From Dehalococcoidia bacterium (lineage in GTDB: Bacteria > Chloroflexota > Dehalococcoidia > UBA2979): a stretch of DNA of 64,000 bases. Shown in pieces: positions 31,927 through 41,092 of this stretch. The stretch lies in contig CBDHDI010000018.1 of the NCBI GenBank assembly GCA_965261685.1, positions 13,029-77,028 of the forward strand, read 5' to 3'. The notes under the pieces were generated by a model, which saw only the letters and a program-made list of their open reading frames with translations, was not told the DNA's origin and did not search any database. Every line of letters starts with the position of its first letter. Position 1 is the first letter of the stretch. The position numbers and the translations under genes are program-made.

Positions 31927-33576
31927 CTCGAATCCACCGATCGAAGCTTGAAGGGGCGGGCTGCCGGAGCGTTCGGCGGGCGTGCCGGCGTTCGCCGGGC
32001 GGTGCCGGAGCGAGGAGCCGTCGCTCAGCGTCGCTCAGCGCGGCTCGGGGGCGCTGAGGGCGCCGGCGCGAGGGTGCGCGAGGCGTGCGCGGGCATGCTG
32101 GCGCGAGCCTCGGACCCGTGTTGGCGCTGTGAGCGAGCGTCAGGCCGGGAGCGGTAACGCCCGTAACCGCGCCAGGGCGGCTGCCCACTGGCCAGCCCAG
32201 GGCCAGCGCTTCGCGAGGTGCAGGGTCCAGCGCCGGGCAGAATGGGTGAGCCGTCCGGCGAGAGCGAAGTAGCGCCGCCTGAGCGTCCTGGTCGTCACGA
32301 TCCCCTCGCCGAGCCCGAGCCGCGCCGTCCAGCGGGCGAGGTTGTGCGCGATCACCTGCACCGCGAGCCACGCCCCGTTCGCGCCGAAGCGGCCCGAGGG
32401 GAGATGGTTCAGCCCGACGCCGTACTTGAGGTCACGGATCGTGTTCTCGATCTCGGCGTGACGGCGATGGTCGGCCTCCAGCTCCAGCAGCTCCCCGGCG
32501 CGATCGGTGATGAAGGCGTGGTAACTATAGTTCGCAAAGAGCGCGAGCTGTGAGCCGGGCGTCGGCTTGACGCGCCGCACGATGAGCCGCACCGCGGTGG
32601 CATCCTCCTTGTGCTGGAACGGCGTGTAGGTCGTCTCGGCGACATCCGCGCCGCCCGGCAGCCAGTACGGGATCGGCGTCCAGTCCTCTTCCGGGATCGC
32701 CTCGATCAGCGTGCGTACGTTCGGCTGCTGGCGAATGGTGATGGAGAAGCGGACATCCTGCTTGCGGCAGACGGCGACGACGGCGTGGTTGTAGAAGCCG
32801 CTGTCGGCGCGCACCGTGAGCTGCCCGCTCGCCCCGGCGTCGCGCACCCGCGCCACCGTCTCACGCAGGAAGTGGGCGGCGCCGCGGGCGGTATTGGCGC
32901 GGCCCTCGCGCAGCCGCGCCATCAGCACCTCACCCGTCCCGGCCGCAACGGCGAGCAGCGGGTGATAGCCGCGCACGCCCGTGTAGCCGTGCTGCCGGGC
33001 GCCCTCCTTCGCCAGGCCGTAGGTCTCGCAGATCGTCGAATCGAGGTCGATCGTGAACGGCGCCGCGCCCGGGCCCGCTCCGGCCGCCCAGCTGCGGGCG
33101 AGCAACTCGCGGCTGAGGCGGTCGAGCTGGCGGACGTGGCCCCAGCTGAAGCTGCGCAGGAAGGTCCCGAGGGTGGACGGCGCCTTGACGGTGCAACCGA
33201 GCACGCTCGCCGTCCCGCCGGCGCGCAACGCAGCGGCGTCGTCGATGCACTCGCCGCCCGCGAGCGCCGAGGCGACCAGGGTCAGCAGCTTGTCGCCGGC
33301 GTTCGCCCGGCCCGGCGCGTCACCGAGGTCGAGGTAGCTGTCGGCGAGCTCTTGCAAACCGAGATGCTGGGCGAGCGTGGCCGGGAGGAGCAGCCCCGCA
33401 TCGGCCACCAGGCGGTCGTCGTCGAAGGCGATGTCTATCCGGTCGGGGTCGCTCGTTGGTAGCATCGAATGGGTGCTCCCTGTGGCTGTGACGTGATTCG
33501 GTCAAAAACCATTGTCCCAGCTACAGCGGAGCACCCAACCGCAACCGCTCATGCGCTCTTCTTCGGTGGATCCCGG
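31927..33576 (-). mobile_element. IS1380-family element, copy 3
   Basis: Same IRs as copy 2. Flanks CTCAG and CTAAT are not a duplication. Confidence 0.93.
32140..33465 (-). CDS. IS1380-family transposase
   Basis: Near-identical to 14846-16171. Confidence 0.95.
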   Translation of the reverse strand: MLPTSDPDRIDIAFDDDRLVADAGLLLPATLAQHLGLQELADSYLDLGDAPGRANAGDKLLTLVASALAGGECIDDAAALRAGGTASVLGCTVKAPSTLGTFLRSFSWGHVRQLDRLSRELLARSWAAGAGPGAAPFTIDLDSTICETYGLAKEGARQHGYTGVRGYHPLLAVAAGTGEVLMARLREGRANTARGAAHFLRETVARVRDAGASGQLTVRADSGFYNHAVVAVCRKQDVRFSITIRQQPNVRTLIEAIPEEDWTPIPYWLPGGADVAETTYTPFQHKEDATAVRLIVRRVKPTPGSQLALFANYSYHAFITDRAGELLELEADHRRHAEIENTIRDLKYGVGLNHLPSGRFGANGAWLAVQVIAHNLARWTARLGLGEGIVTTRTLRRRYFALAGRLTHSARRWTLHLAKRWPWAGQWAAALARLRALPLPA

Positions 33577-33636
33577 CTAATATATGTCACGGTCTGTCAT
33601 CATACCGGGGCGGCGAGAGAAGGGAGCGGAACTCCA

Positions 33637-34593
33637 ATGGCAGGTAGTCAATCCATCAGCGAGCAAGCGTGCGCTCGCGGCCGGGCAATCGTCCCAGGCT
33701 CGAGCCAGGCGAGAGAAATGGCGCGCGCGGCCATCGGCACCACATGGCATACAGCAGAGGATCTGGCGGTGCGGGCGTTGGCCACCGATGCGCCGATTTG
33801 GCCCGAGTATCCGCACCCATCGGCGTGGGGGTGGCTCTCGAACAAGCGTGGACGTGAGCGGGTCCGCCCCATCGTCATTGAGGCCCGCAAGCGCGATGGC
33901 GAATGGCACTACCGCGCCAGCGGGCCTGCGGACCCCCTGCCAGGCGGCCATGTCTTGGTGAGAGATGTCAAGCGCAGGCTCGACTTCGCTATCGAACACC
34001 TGTCCAAGAGATGCGACGGCGGCACACACCCGAACGGACATACGATGGCCGCTCTCGAGGCCGTGCCCAGCATCACGGCGGCTCGGAGGTGGCTGGCCGA
34101 ACGAGAGATCCCATACGCGGTGCGTATTGGCGAAAGCGACCTGGTCGATGGGCGGGAGGGTGCCGATCCCGATAAGCCGGGACCGCCGCCGCGACAACGC
34201 GATCAAGCACGAAAGGATGCAATCGAAGACCGCGCGATAAAGGAAGCCGAGCGGTACTTCAAGGCCCAGGGATGGCGCCCGGAGGATGTCTCCAAGTGCG
34301 GACTGGGCTACGACATCCGCTTCACCCGTGGCCGCGAAGAGCGCCATGTCGAGGTGAATGGCACCACTGGCAGCGGTGCTGTCGTGAACCTCACGCACAA
34401 CAACGAGGTCGTCCACGCACGGGAGTGCGCCGACGCAGTTCTTTTCGTGCTGTCGCGCATCGAAGTGTCTTATGACGACGACGGCAATCCCATCGCTGGC
34501 GACGGGATGAGCAACGTGTTCGATCCGTGGGTCATCGATGACGGCGAACTGACACCACTCGCCTACTCTTACCGCCTGCCAACGCGAGACTGA
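33637..34593 (+). CDS. DUF3883 (NOV C-terminal) domain protein, possibly inactive
   Basis: IEDRAIKEAERYFKAQGW...GLGYDI...HVEVNGTT...NLTHNNEV; the expected EVK lysine is N. The 5' end may be cut by IS1380. Confidence 0.7.
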   Translation: MAGSQSISEQACARGRAIVPGSSQAREMARAAIGTTWHTAEDLAVRALATDAPIWPEYPHPSAWGWLSNKRGRERVRPIVIEARKRDGEWHYRASGPADPLPGGHVLVRDVKRRLDFAIEHLSKRCDGGTHPNGHTMAALEAVPSITAARRWLAEREIPYAVRIGESDLVDGREGADPDKPGPPPRQRDQARKDAIEDRAIKEAERYFKAQGWRPEDVSKCGLGYDIRFTRGREERHVEVNGTTGSGAVVNLTHNNEVVHARECADAVLFVLSRIEVSYDDDGNPIAGDGMSNVFDPWVIDDGELTPLAYSYRLPTRD

Positions 34594-34761
34594 TGGCGAG
34601 CGGCTGATCTCATGGATGAACGGCAAGAAGCTTCTGCGGGACTTCATTCGAACTCGGCCACGACATCATGCCCCGGAACCGCCGCGAGGCGTATGGCCCA
34701 CACTGGAGCCGGGTCGCGGTTCTGTCTGTAACGCACGCGCGCCCCGGAGGTGGGGCGCTGT

Positions 34762-34927
34762 GGTCTCCGGGAAGGAGAGATGATCGTGAGCGACGCTCAG
34801 GAAGTGGCGGGCAGTGAGCTATCCATCGAGATTCAGGTCCACCCGGTCTCCGGGAAGGAGAGATGATCGTGAGCGACGCTCAGGAAGTGGCGGGCAGTGA
34901 GCTATCCATCGAGATTCAGGTCCACCC
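34762..34927. repeat. Perfect 83-bp tandem duplication
   Basis: GGTCTCCGGGAAGGAGAGATGATCGTG...GTCCACCC at 34762-34844 and 34845-34927. Confidence 0.92.
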
Positions 34928-35489
34928 GGCCAACAACGCCGTTGCGAACTGGCTCGCCGGCGTTCTGGCCGTGGATATCGCCGCATCGCAAGATGCGAGT
35001 GCCAGCAGCACCGATCGCGAAGTAGGCACGATGGCGGAAGCACTCAGGGCTAGCCTGCGCCCCGTGCTGGTCCGCGGAGGGTCGCTGGCGCGCATCCCGT
35101 ATCTCAGCTCGGAGGCACGCCGGCAGCTTGCTGCCAGGCTCGACCGACACGGGCAGTTCGCCACGACCCAGAACGCTGGCTCCGCCAGCACGCTGGCGCG
35201 TGTCGTCGCAGCAGTGCTCCGGTCCGAGGTCGCTGACCTTGTGCTCGGGCGGGTGGACCCGGGCGGGGTCTTGTTCAACGAGGATCTGGACCCAGCGAAA
35301 GACCTGAACCGGCTGCTCGCGATCGAGAAGATCGTTGAGGAGCAGGTCCGCGCGGTTCTGCCCGCCGGCCGGGTGGTGGATAGAATCGACCGGCCGAGCC
35401 TTTTTCGATTCAGCATCAACTGCGGCGACGGGGGGCTGGACAACCTCGCCGTCGATTACCACGTCGGCGAGTCTTCCGAGGCATCGTAG
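34863..35489 (+). CDS. Hypothetical protein
   Basis: AAGGAG RBS and ATG; 208 aa; no motif recognised. Confidence 0.5.
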   Translation: MIVSDAQEVAGSELSIEIQVHPANNAVANWLAGVLAVDIAASQDASASSTDREVGTMAEALRASLRPVLVRGGSLARIPYLSSEARRQLAARLDRHGQFATTQNAGSASTLARVVAAVLRSEVADLVLGRVDPGGVLFNEDLDPAKDLNRLLAIEKIVEEQVRAVLPAGRVVDRIDRPSLFRFSINCGDGGLDNLAVDYHVGESSEAS

Positions 35490-35559
35490 CCTGGTGTCCG
35501 GCGGCGGGCAGAGTGCGTCGCTCGGCCTCGGCGATCGCGAGGGTGACGGCGGGCGAGGG

Positions 35560-36912
35560 GGCGGTGCGGCCCGAGCGCCAGCGGATCATCGTTCCGCCAC
35601 GCGGGGCAGCTGACCGCCTCGACGCGGCGCTGACTGCTCACCGCAGCCGCCCTGCGCCGGCTGATGCGGGAGGCGGGGCTGGGCGAGCGGGAGCTGTTCC
35701 GTGCGTATCCCATCTCCGCGCGTTGGCGGCGCGTGCTGCTGGAGCGCCTCGACACCGTCGCGGTCGTCTACCGGCTCGCCTCGGCGCTCTCCGGCGCGGG
35801 TGCGATCAAGCGCTTCCGCTGGTACCGCGGCCATCCGCTCGACGTCGCGATCGAGCTCGCGGACGGGCGCACGGCGGGCGTGATCCGGCTGGGCGCGGCG
35901 GTGGAGTGGACGGCCTTCAGCGAGCGCGTCGGGCGGCTGGCGGCGGGCGCCCGCCACGGCGAGGCGATGCCGCGCGCGCTGCTGGCCCTGGTCCCGGACG
36001 CGGTGCGGCTGCGCCGCACGGCCGCGCTGCTGGCGCGCCTGCCCGCTCCCGCCTTCCTCGCGCTCGAGGCCGCAGCGGCCGCAGCGGACGGGCGCGATGC
36101 CGTCTGGCGTGCGGCCTCGTCCCCGGCCCCGCTGAGCCTGCGCGCGGCGGTCTCCGCCGTGCGACCGGGCGGCGCGCTGCCCGCCGAGAGGCCAGAGGCG
36201 AGACCCGCGCTGCCGGACGATGTGGACGTCGGCGCGGGTGCGGCCAGCGCCGAGCACCTAGCTCCCGCCGTCCTCAGGCCCGCCGAGAAGCGTGTCCTCG
36301 ACTGTCTGGCGGACTGGCCGTGGATCGCTCCGGGCGATCTCGGCGCACTGCTGGGCGTCTCCGCCTCGCGTGTCTCACGCCTGCTGTCGCGGCTGGACGA
36401 ACTGGGACTCGTCGTCCGCGTCTCCCTTACCTTACTGGACGCCGCCTCGCGCTGAGCGACCGCGCACTGGCGCAGTTGGCCCGCCGCGACCGCGCCTCCG
36501 TGGCGCTCGCGCGCAGGCGCTGGAGCGTGGAGCCCGGGGGGCGCTGCGCTCCGTCCATCCTGACGCGTTCGGAGTCCTGCGGTGCGGGGACGGCGCGCGG
36601 CCGTTCTTCCTGGAGTGGGAGCGGCGCGCGCTCCACCCCTCCACGATGGCGGCCCGGCTCGCTCCCTACCTGCGCTACTACTCCACGACCCGGCCGCTCG
36701 ACGACCACGGCGCGACGCCCGCCGTCCTCGTGGTCTTCGAGGACCCCGTGGCGCCCGCCCACTTCGTGCGCCTGGCTCGAGACGAGATGGCGCGCACGCG
36801 CGTCAACGCGCCGCTCTGGGTGTCCTCTGCGGAGGCGCTGGACGCTGCCGGGCCGCTGAGTGAAGTCTGGCGCAGCCCCGGTGCGCCAGAACCCACGTGT
36901 GCCTTCGCCTGA
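35560..36912 (+). pseudogene. Replication-relaxation (Replic_Relax)-like protein, truncated and frameshifted
   Basis: wHTH segment LGALLGVSASRVSRLLSRLDELGLV and C-terminal HPDAFG...FFLEWER...RLAPYLRYY...VLVVF. Frameshift near 36430; no start codon. 5' boundary approximate. Confidence 0.7.
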
Positions 36913-37026
36913 CGGAGGGCACGACGTCTGTCAATCGCCAGGGTCTATAGACCACCCGTCGCCACAGTCATTAGACCACCCGGGCAGCCGGTAGGGCGGC
37001 TTGGTATCAGTGAGCAGTACGTCTCG

Positions 37027-37800
37027 TCAATCAGCTCCTTCCTGCGTCTCGAGCAGCGCGCGGTGCGGTGAGAGTCGCTGGCGGTAGCTCTCGCCCTCGA
37101 TCACGATCTGGTAGCTGGCGTTGGCGAGCCGGTCGAGTGCGCTGTTGCCGAGGATCGGGTCGTCGAAGAGGCCGAGCCACTCCTCGACGGCGCGGTTCGA
37201 GGTGATGACGAAGCTGGAGCTGCGGTGGCGCCCGATAATCAGCTCGTAGAGGTCGATCGACTGCTGTGCGCTGAGCCGGTGCAGCCCGAGGTCGTCGAGG
37301 ATCAGCAGGTCGGGGGCGAGGAAGCTGCGGAAGGCCTTCTCGGTGGAGTGGTCGACCCGGGCCTGCGCCAGCTCGCGGAAGTACTGGTCGGCTGAGACGA
37401 AGCGCACGCTGCGCCCGGAGCGCACGGCGGCGTAGCCGAGCGCCTGGGCGAGGAAGCTCTTGCCGACGCCGACGGGGCCGACGAGCAGGACGTGCTCGCG
37501 GCGGTCGAGGAAGCGCAGCGAGCAGGCGGCGTCGAGCAGCCTGCGGTCGAGCCGGATGGAGGCCGACCAGTCGAAGTCCTCGAGCCTGCAGAGCTGCTCG
37601 AAGCCGGCCTGGCGGAGGCGCAGCTCGAGGCGCCCGTGGTCGCGGCGGCTCACCTCGTCGGCGAGGACGATCTGCAGGAAGTCGGCGTAGTCGAGCCCGT
37701 CGCGGCGGGCGAGGGCGATGCGCTCGGGCAGGGTGTCGAGCATCGGGCCGAGCTTGAGGCGCTTGAGCAGCGGGCGCAGCTCGGCGGTCGTGGCGGTCAT
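37027..37800 (-). CDS. istB: IS21 helper ATPase
   Basis: GPVGVGKS, LLILDDLG, TSNR and SALDRL. ATGA overlap with istA. Confidence 0.93.
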   Translation of the reverse strand: MTATTAELRPLLKRLKLGPMLDTLPERIALARRDGLDYADFLQIVLADEVSRRDHGRLELRLRQAGFEQLCRLEDFDWSASIRLDRRLLDAACSLRFLDRREHVLLVGPVGVGKSFLAQALGYAAVRSGRSVRFVSADQYFRELAQARVDHSTEKAFRSFLAPDLLILDDLGLHRLSAQQSIDLYELIIGRHRSSSFVITSNRAVEEWLGLFDDPILGNSALDRLANASYQIVIEGESYRQRLSPHRALLETQEGAD

Positions 37801-39377
37801 CGTGAGGCTCCTGTCGTGGTCTGCGTGGCGGTCAGTGCAAAGACGGCGCCGGGGCGGGCGAAGCGGCCCGGCGGCGGCGGCAGCGGCTGCGACGGCGCCG
37901 TGGTCTCCTGCTCGAGGGCCTCGACGAGGATGCGCTCGACGCGGCGCACGTCGACGAGGTCGACCTCGAGCGCGCGGCGGCAGGCGGCGTCGAGGCGGGC
38001 GGGGGAGTAGCGCTCGGCCAGGCGCAGCAGCTTGTGGCCCTGCCGCAGCTTCGCCCAGGGCAGCGGCCCCTCGAAGAGCCGCTCGGCGAGTGCGCCCACA
38101 GCCTCGCCCAGCTCGGCCGCGCGCCGCTGCAGCTGCTCGGGCGCACGCAGCGTGTAGGGGCTGAGCTCGGCCGGGTAGTCGTTGGGGTCGGTGGCGCGCC
38201 CTCCGCGCTGCTGGCGCGGGTGGACCTTGAGCAGCGCGCCGCGGTGGTAGATGCGCACCAGCTTCGCGCCGAGTTGCACCTCCACCTTCTGCCCCGGCGG
38301 GCAGAGCTCCGACGGCACCGAATAGAGTGCGTACTGGCAGGCGACGTGGTGGTCGGCGTGGACCGTCGCCGTACGCCAGTCGGGGACCTCGTAGGGCTCC
38401 CCGTCCCAGGGGGCGAGCAGCGGGCGCTCCTCCTCCTCGAAGACCTCGAGCGGGCGTTTGCGGGTCGTCCCGTGGATGCGTTGCCCCGCCACCTCGAGCG
38501 ACCAGCGCCGGGCGGCGTCGCGCAGCTCGGCGAGGTCCCGGAACTGCGCGCCCTTGAAGAGGCGCTCGCGCACGTAGGGGACGCTGCGCTCGACCCGAGG
38601 CTTGTCGCGAGGCTTGCGCACGCGCGCGGGGTCGCTGATGAAGCCACGCTGGCGGGCGTACTCCAGGAAGCCCCGCGTGAAGCGCGGGTGCAGCGCGTCG
38701 GCCCCGGCCACGGCGGCCGGGAAGTTGTCGATCACGAGGTAGCGGGGCACGCCCTCGAAGCACGCCCAGGCCGCCTCCAGGCCCTCGACCACCGCGTGCA
38801 GCGTCTGGCTGGTGGTGGGCCAGACGAAGCAGTGCCGCGAGTAGCGCCAGACCACGATCAGCGCCCAGACCGTGCGGCGCCGCCCGCTCTCGGGGTCCGG
38901 GATGAGGCCGAGCCGGCCGAAGTCCAGCTCCGCGACCTCACCCGGCGGCCCGTCCTCCATGCGCACGGTCACCGGCTGCCGGCGACCCCAGCCGCGGCGG
39001 GCGATGAAGCGCCGCAGCGAGCTGTAGGAGACCTCGCAGCCGCGCTCGGCGAGCAGTTCATGGATCCGCGTCACCTGCAGGCGCTCGGCCTGCAGCCAGC
39101 GCTCGATCTGCTCCGCCCAGGGCGAGAGCAGCTGCTCGCTCGGTACCTCCGCGCGGCGCGGGCCGGTGCGGCTCAGCGTCGCCAGCTGGGCGAGCTGCTG
39201 CTCACTCGGCTCGGGGCCACCTGGCTGGAGCCCGGCCGCCTCGGCCGCCGCGATGTAGCGCCGCACCGTCACGCGCGACAGCCCCGTGCCGCTGGCGATG
39301 CGACGCTGGCTGAATCCCGCCTGCCAGCGGCGGATGATTTCCCTGCTCTCCACTCGATGCACCTCCCGGTAGGCCAT
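37797..39377 (-). CDS. istA: IS21 transposase
   Basis: HTH, AELDFG, VIDNF, PRDKPRVE and YSVP motifs. Confidence 0.93.
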   Translation of the reverse strand: MAYREVHRVESREIIRRWQAGFSQRRIASGTGLSRVTVRRYIAAAEAAGLQPGGPEPSEQQLAQLATLSRTGPRRAEVPSEQLLSPWAEQIERWLQAERLQVTRIHELLAERGCEVSYSSLRRFIARRGWGRRQPVTVRMEDGPPGEVAELDFGRLGLIPDPESGRRRTVWALIVVWRYSRHCFVWPTTSQTLHAVVEGLEAAWACFEGVPRYLVIDNFPAAVAGADALHPRFTRGFLEYARQRGFISDPARVRKPRDKPRVERSVPYVRERLFKGAQFRDLAELRDAARRWSLEVAGQRIHGTTRKRPLEVFEEEERPLLAPWDGEPYEVPDWRTATVHADHHVACQYALYSVPSELCPPGQKVEVQLGAKLVRIYHRGALLKVHPRQQRGGRATDPNDYPAELSPYTLRAPEQLQRRAAELGEAVGALAERLFEGPLPWAKLRQGHKLLRLAERYSPARLDAACRRALEVDLVDVRRVERILVEALEQETTAPSQPLPPPPGRFARPGAVFALTATQTTTGASR

Positions 39378-39629
39378 CGCTGCTCCCTCCCCTGGGGATA
39401 CAGCCGATGGTGGCCCTACCGGCGACCGGGCTGGTCGCGATGCCCTGGCGGGGGCGGATCAATGATCCTGGCGAAGTGGTGTCGACGGTCAGCGATTTCG
39501 TCAGTAGCTAACTGGTCAGATTGGCATGAGGGCCGGTCTCCTCCTCAGGGGGATACTCGTCCCCGAAACAGCGGCCTCGATTGGGCCAGTAGCGGCTCTG
39601 CGGAGCCTTGACGAGGTAGGAGACCGGCC

Positions 39630-40718
39630 ATGCAGCAGGATATCGCAACGACGCGGAGCATTGAGGGCAGGGAAGGGTCAGGGGTCACCATCGGCCTCGA
39701 CGTGGGCGACCGCTACACACACATCCACGCCCTCGGCGCCGGCGGGGAGGTGATACGCGAGCGGCGCGTCCGCACCACGGCGGCGGCGCTGGGCGCAGCG
39801 CTGACCGGCCTCCCCCCGGCGCGGGTCGTGCTCGAGGCGGGGCCGCGCTCGCCGTGGCTGAGCCGCGTCATGGCGGACCTCGGCCACGAGGTCATTGTCG
39901 CCAACCCCCGCCAGGTCGCGCTGATCGCCCGCAGCCAGCGCAAGACCGACCGCCTCGACGCCGCGTGGCTGGCGCGGCTGGGGCGCTTCGACCCGGAGCT
40001 GCTCGCCCCGATCCGCCACAGGAGCGAGCAGAGCCAGTATGACCTCGCTGTGGTGCGCGGCCGCGACGCGCTCGTGCGCTCCAGGACGCTGCTCATCAAC
40101 CACGTGCGCGGGGCCGTCAAGGCCTGCGGCGCCGCGCTGCCGTCATGCACGGCCCGGGCCTTCCACCGCAAGACGGCGGAGCACATCCCTGACGGGCTAC
40201 GGGCGGCGCTGCTGCCGCTGGTGGAGGCGATCGGCGAGCTCACCGCGCACATCGCGCGGGCCGACCGGGAGATCGAAGCACTGTGCGAGGCTCGCCCCGA
40301 GACCGCGGCGCTGCGCCAGGTCAGCGGCGTGGGGCCGATCACCGCGCTCACGTTCGTGCTGACGATCGAGGATCCAGGGCGCTTCCCGAAGAACCGGGAG
40401 GTGGGGGCCTACCTCGGACTCGTGCCCCGGCAGCGCGAGTCAGGAGAGCGCGCGCCGCAGCTCGGCATCAGCAAGAGCGGCGACGCGGGCCTGCGGCGAC
40501 TGCTGGTGCAGGCCGCGCACTACATCCTCGGCCCCTTCGGGCCCGACACCGACCTGCGCCGCTGGGGTGAGCGCTACGCGGGAACAGGGGCGGGCAACGC
40601 GAAGAAGCGCGCGGTCGTGGCCGTCGCGAGGCGGCTGGCGGTGCTGCTGCTCGCGCTGTGGAAGACAGGCGAGGTCTACGAGCCGCTTCGCCACGCCGCT
40701 GTCCGGGAGGCCGCGTAG
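39630..40718 (+). CDS. IS110/IS1111 DEDD recombinase
   Basis: IGLDVG, VLEAG, KTDRLDA and LGLVPRQRESG...ISKSGD motifs. Confidence 0.95.
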   Translation: MQQDIATTRSIEGREGSGVTIGLDVGDRYTHIHALGAGGEVIRERRVRTTAAALGAALTGLPPARVVLEAGPRSPWLSRVMADLGHEVIVANPRQVALIARSQRKTDRLDAAWLARLGRFDPELLAPIRHRSEQSQYDLAVVRGRDALVRSRTLLINHVRGAVKACGAALPSCTARAFHRKTAEHIPDGLRAALLPLVEAIGELTAHIARADREIEALCEARPETAALRQVSGVGPITALTFVLTIEDPGRFPKNREVGAYLGLVPRQRESGERAPQLGISKSGDAGLRRLLVQAAHYILGPFGPDTDLRRWGERYAGTGAGNAKKRAVVAVARRLAVLLLALWKTGEVYEPLRHAAVREAA

Positions 40719-40830
40719 CGGGGAGCGGCTGCCGCAGGCGGCACCGCTAGCGACGACCGAGACCGAGCGGAAAGCGGCAACCCGGACAGGAGCGAAGCGT
40801 TCGAAGCCTTGCGCGTGATGCCGAACCACC

Positions 40831-40963
40831 GGGCGACTGCGAAGATTCGCTTGTCCCATCGAGGACGTTGGTCAGCTGGCAGCGCCCCCTGGAAGCAGGA
40901 TGTGCCTTCATGCACCGGGCCCGATGCGCGGCCCACGGAGAGTGCGGATAGAAGCTCGGCACA
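40831..40963 (+). ncRNA. Predicted bridge/seekRNA core (target- and donor-binding loops)
   Basis: Stem GGGCG(A)CTGC/GCAGCGCCC encloses AGATTCGCT, a GTCC/GGAC hairpin and TGGTCAGC, matching both target strands. A second stem TGTGCC/GGCACA encloses ATAGAAG, matching the donor end. Confidence 0.72.
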
Positions 40964-41092
40964 GGCTCCGCTCCCGGACATCACGAGCAGCTCAGCATGG
41001 ACCAAGTGTCGCGCCACGGCGCCACGCCGGACGAGGCCGCCACGTCGGCCTTGCAGAAAGACCGTCCCTCATAGAAGCGATTCTGTCCTTCC

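Larger units (their letters stand above)
39520..41077 (+). mobile_element. IS1111-group (IS110 family) element, complete
   Basis: Sub-terminal IRs ATGAGGGCCGGTCT (39526-39539) and AGACCGTCCCTCAT (41059-41072). AG core repeated at 39518-39519 and 41076-41077. Removing the element restores TGGTCAGCGATTCTG. Confidence 0.92.
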
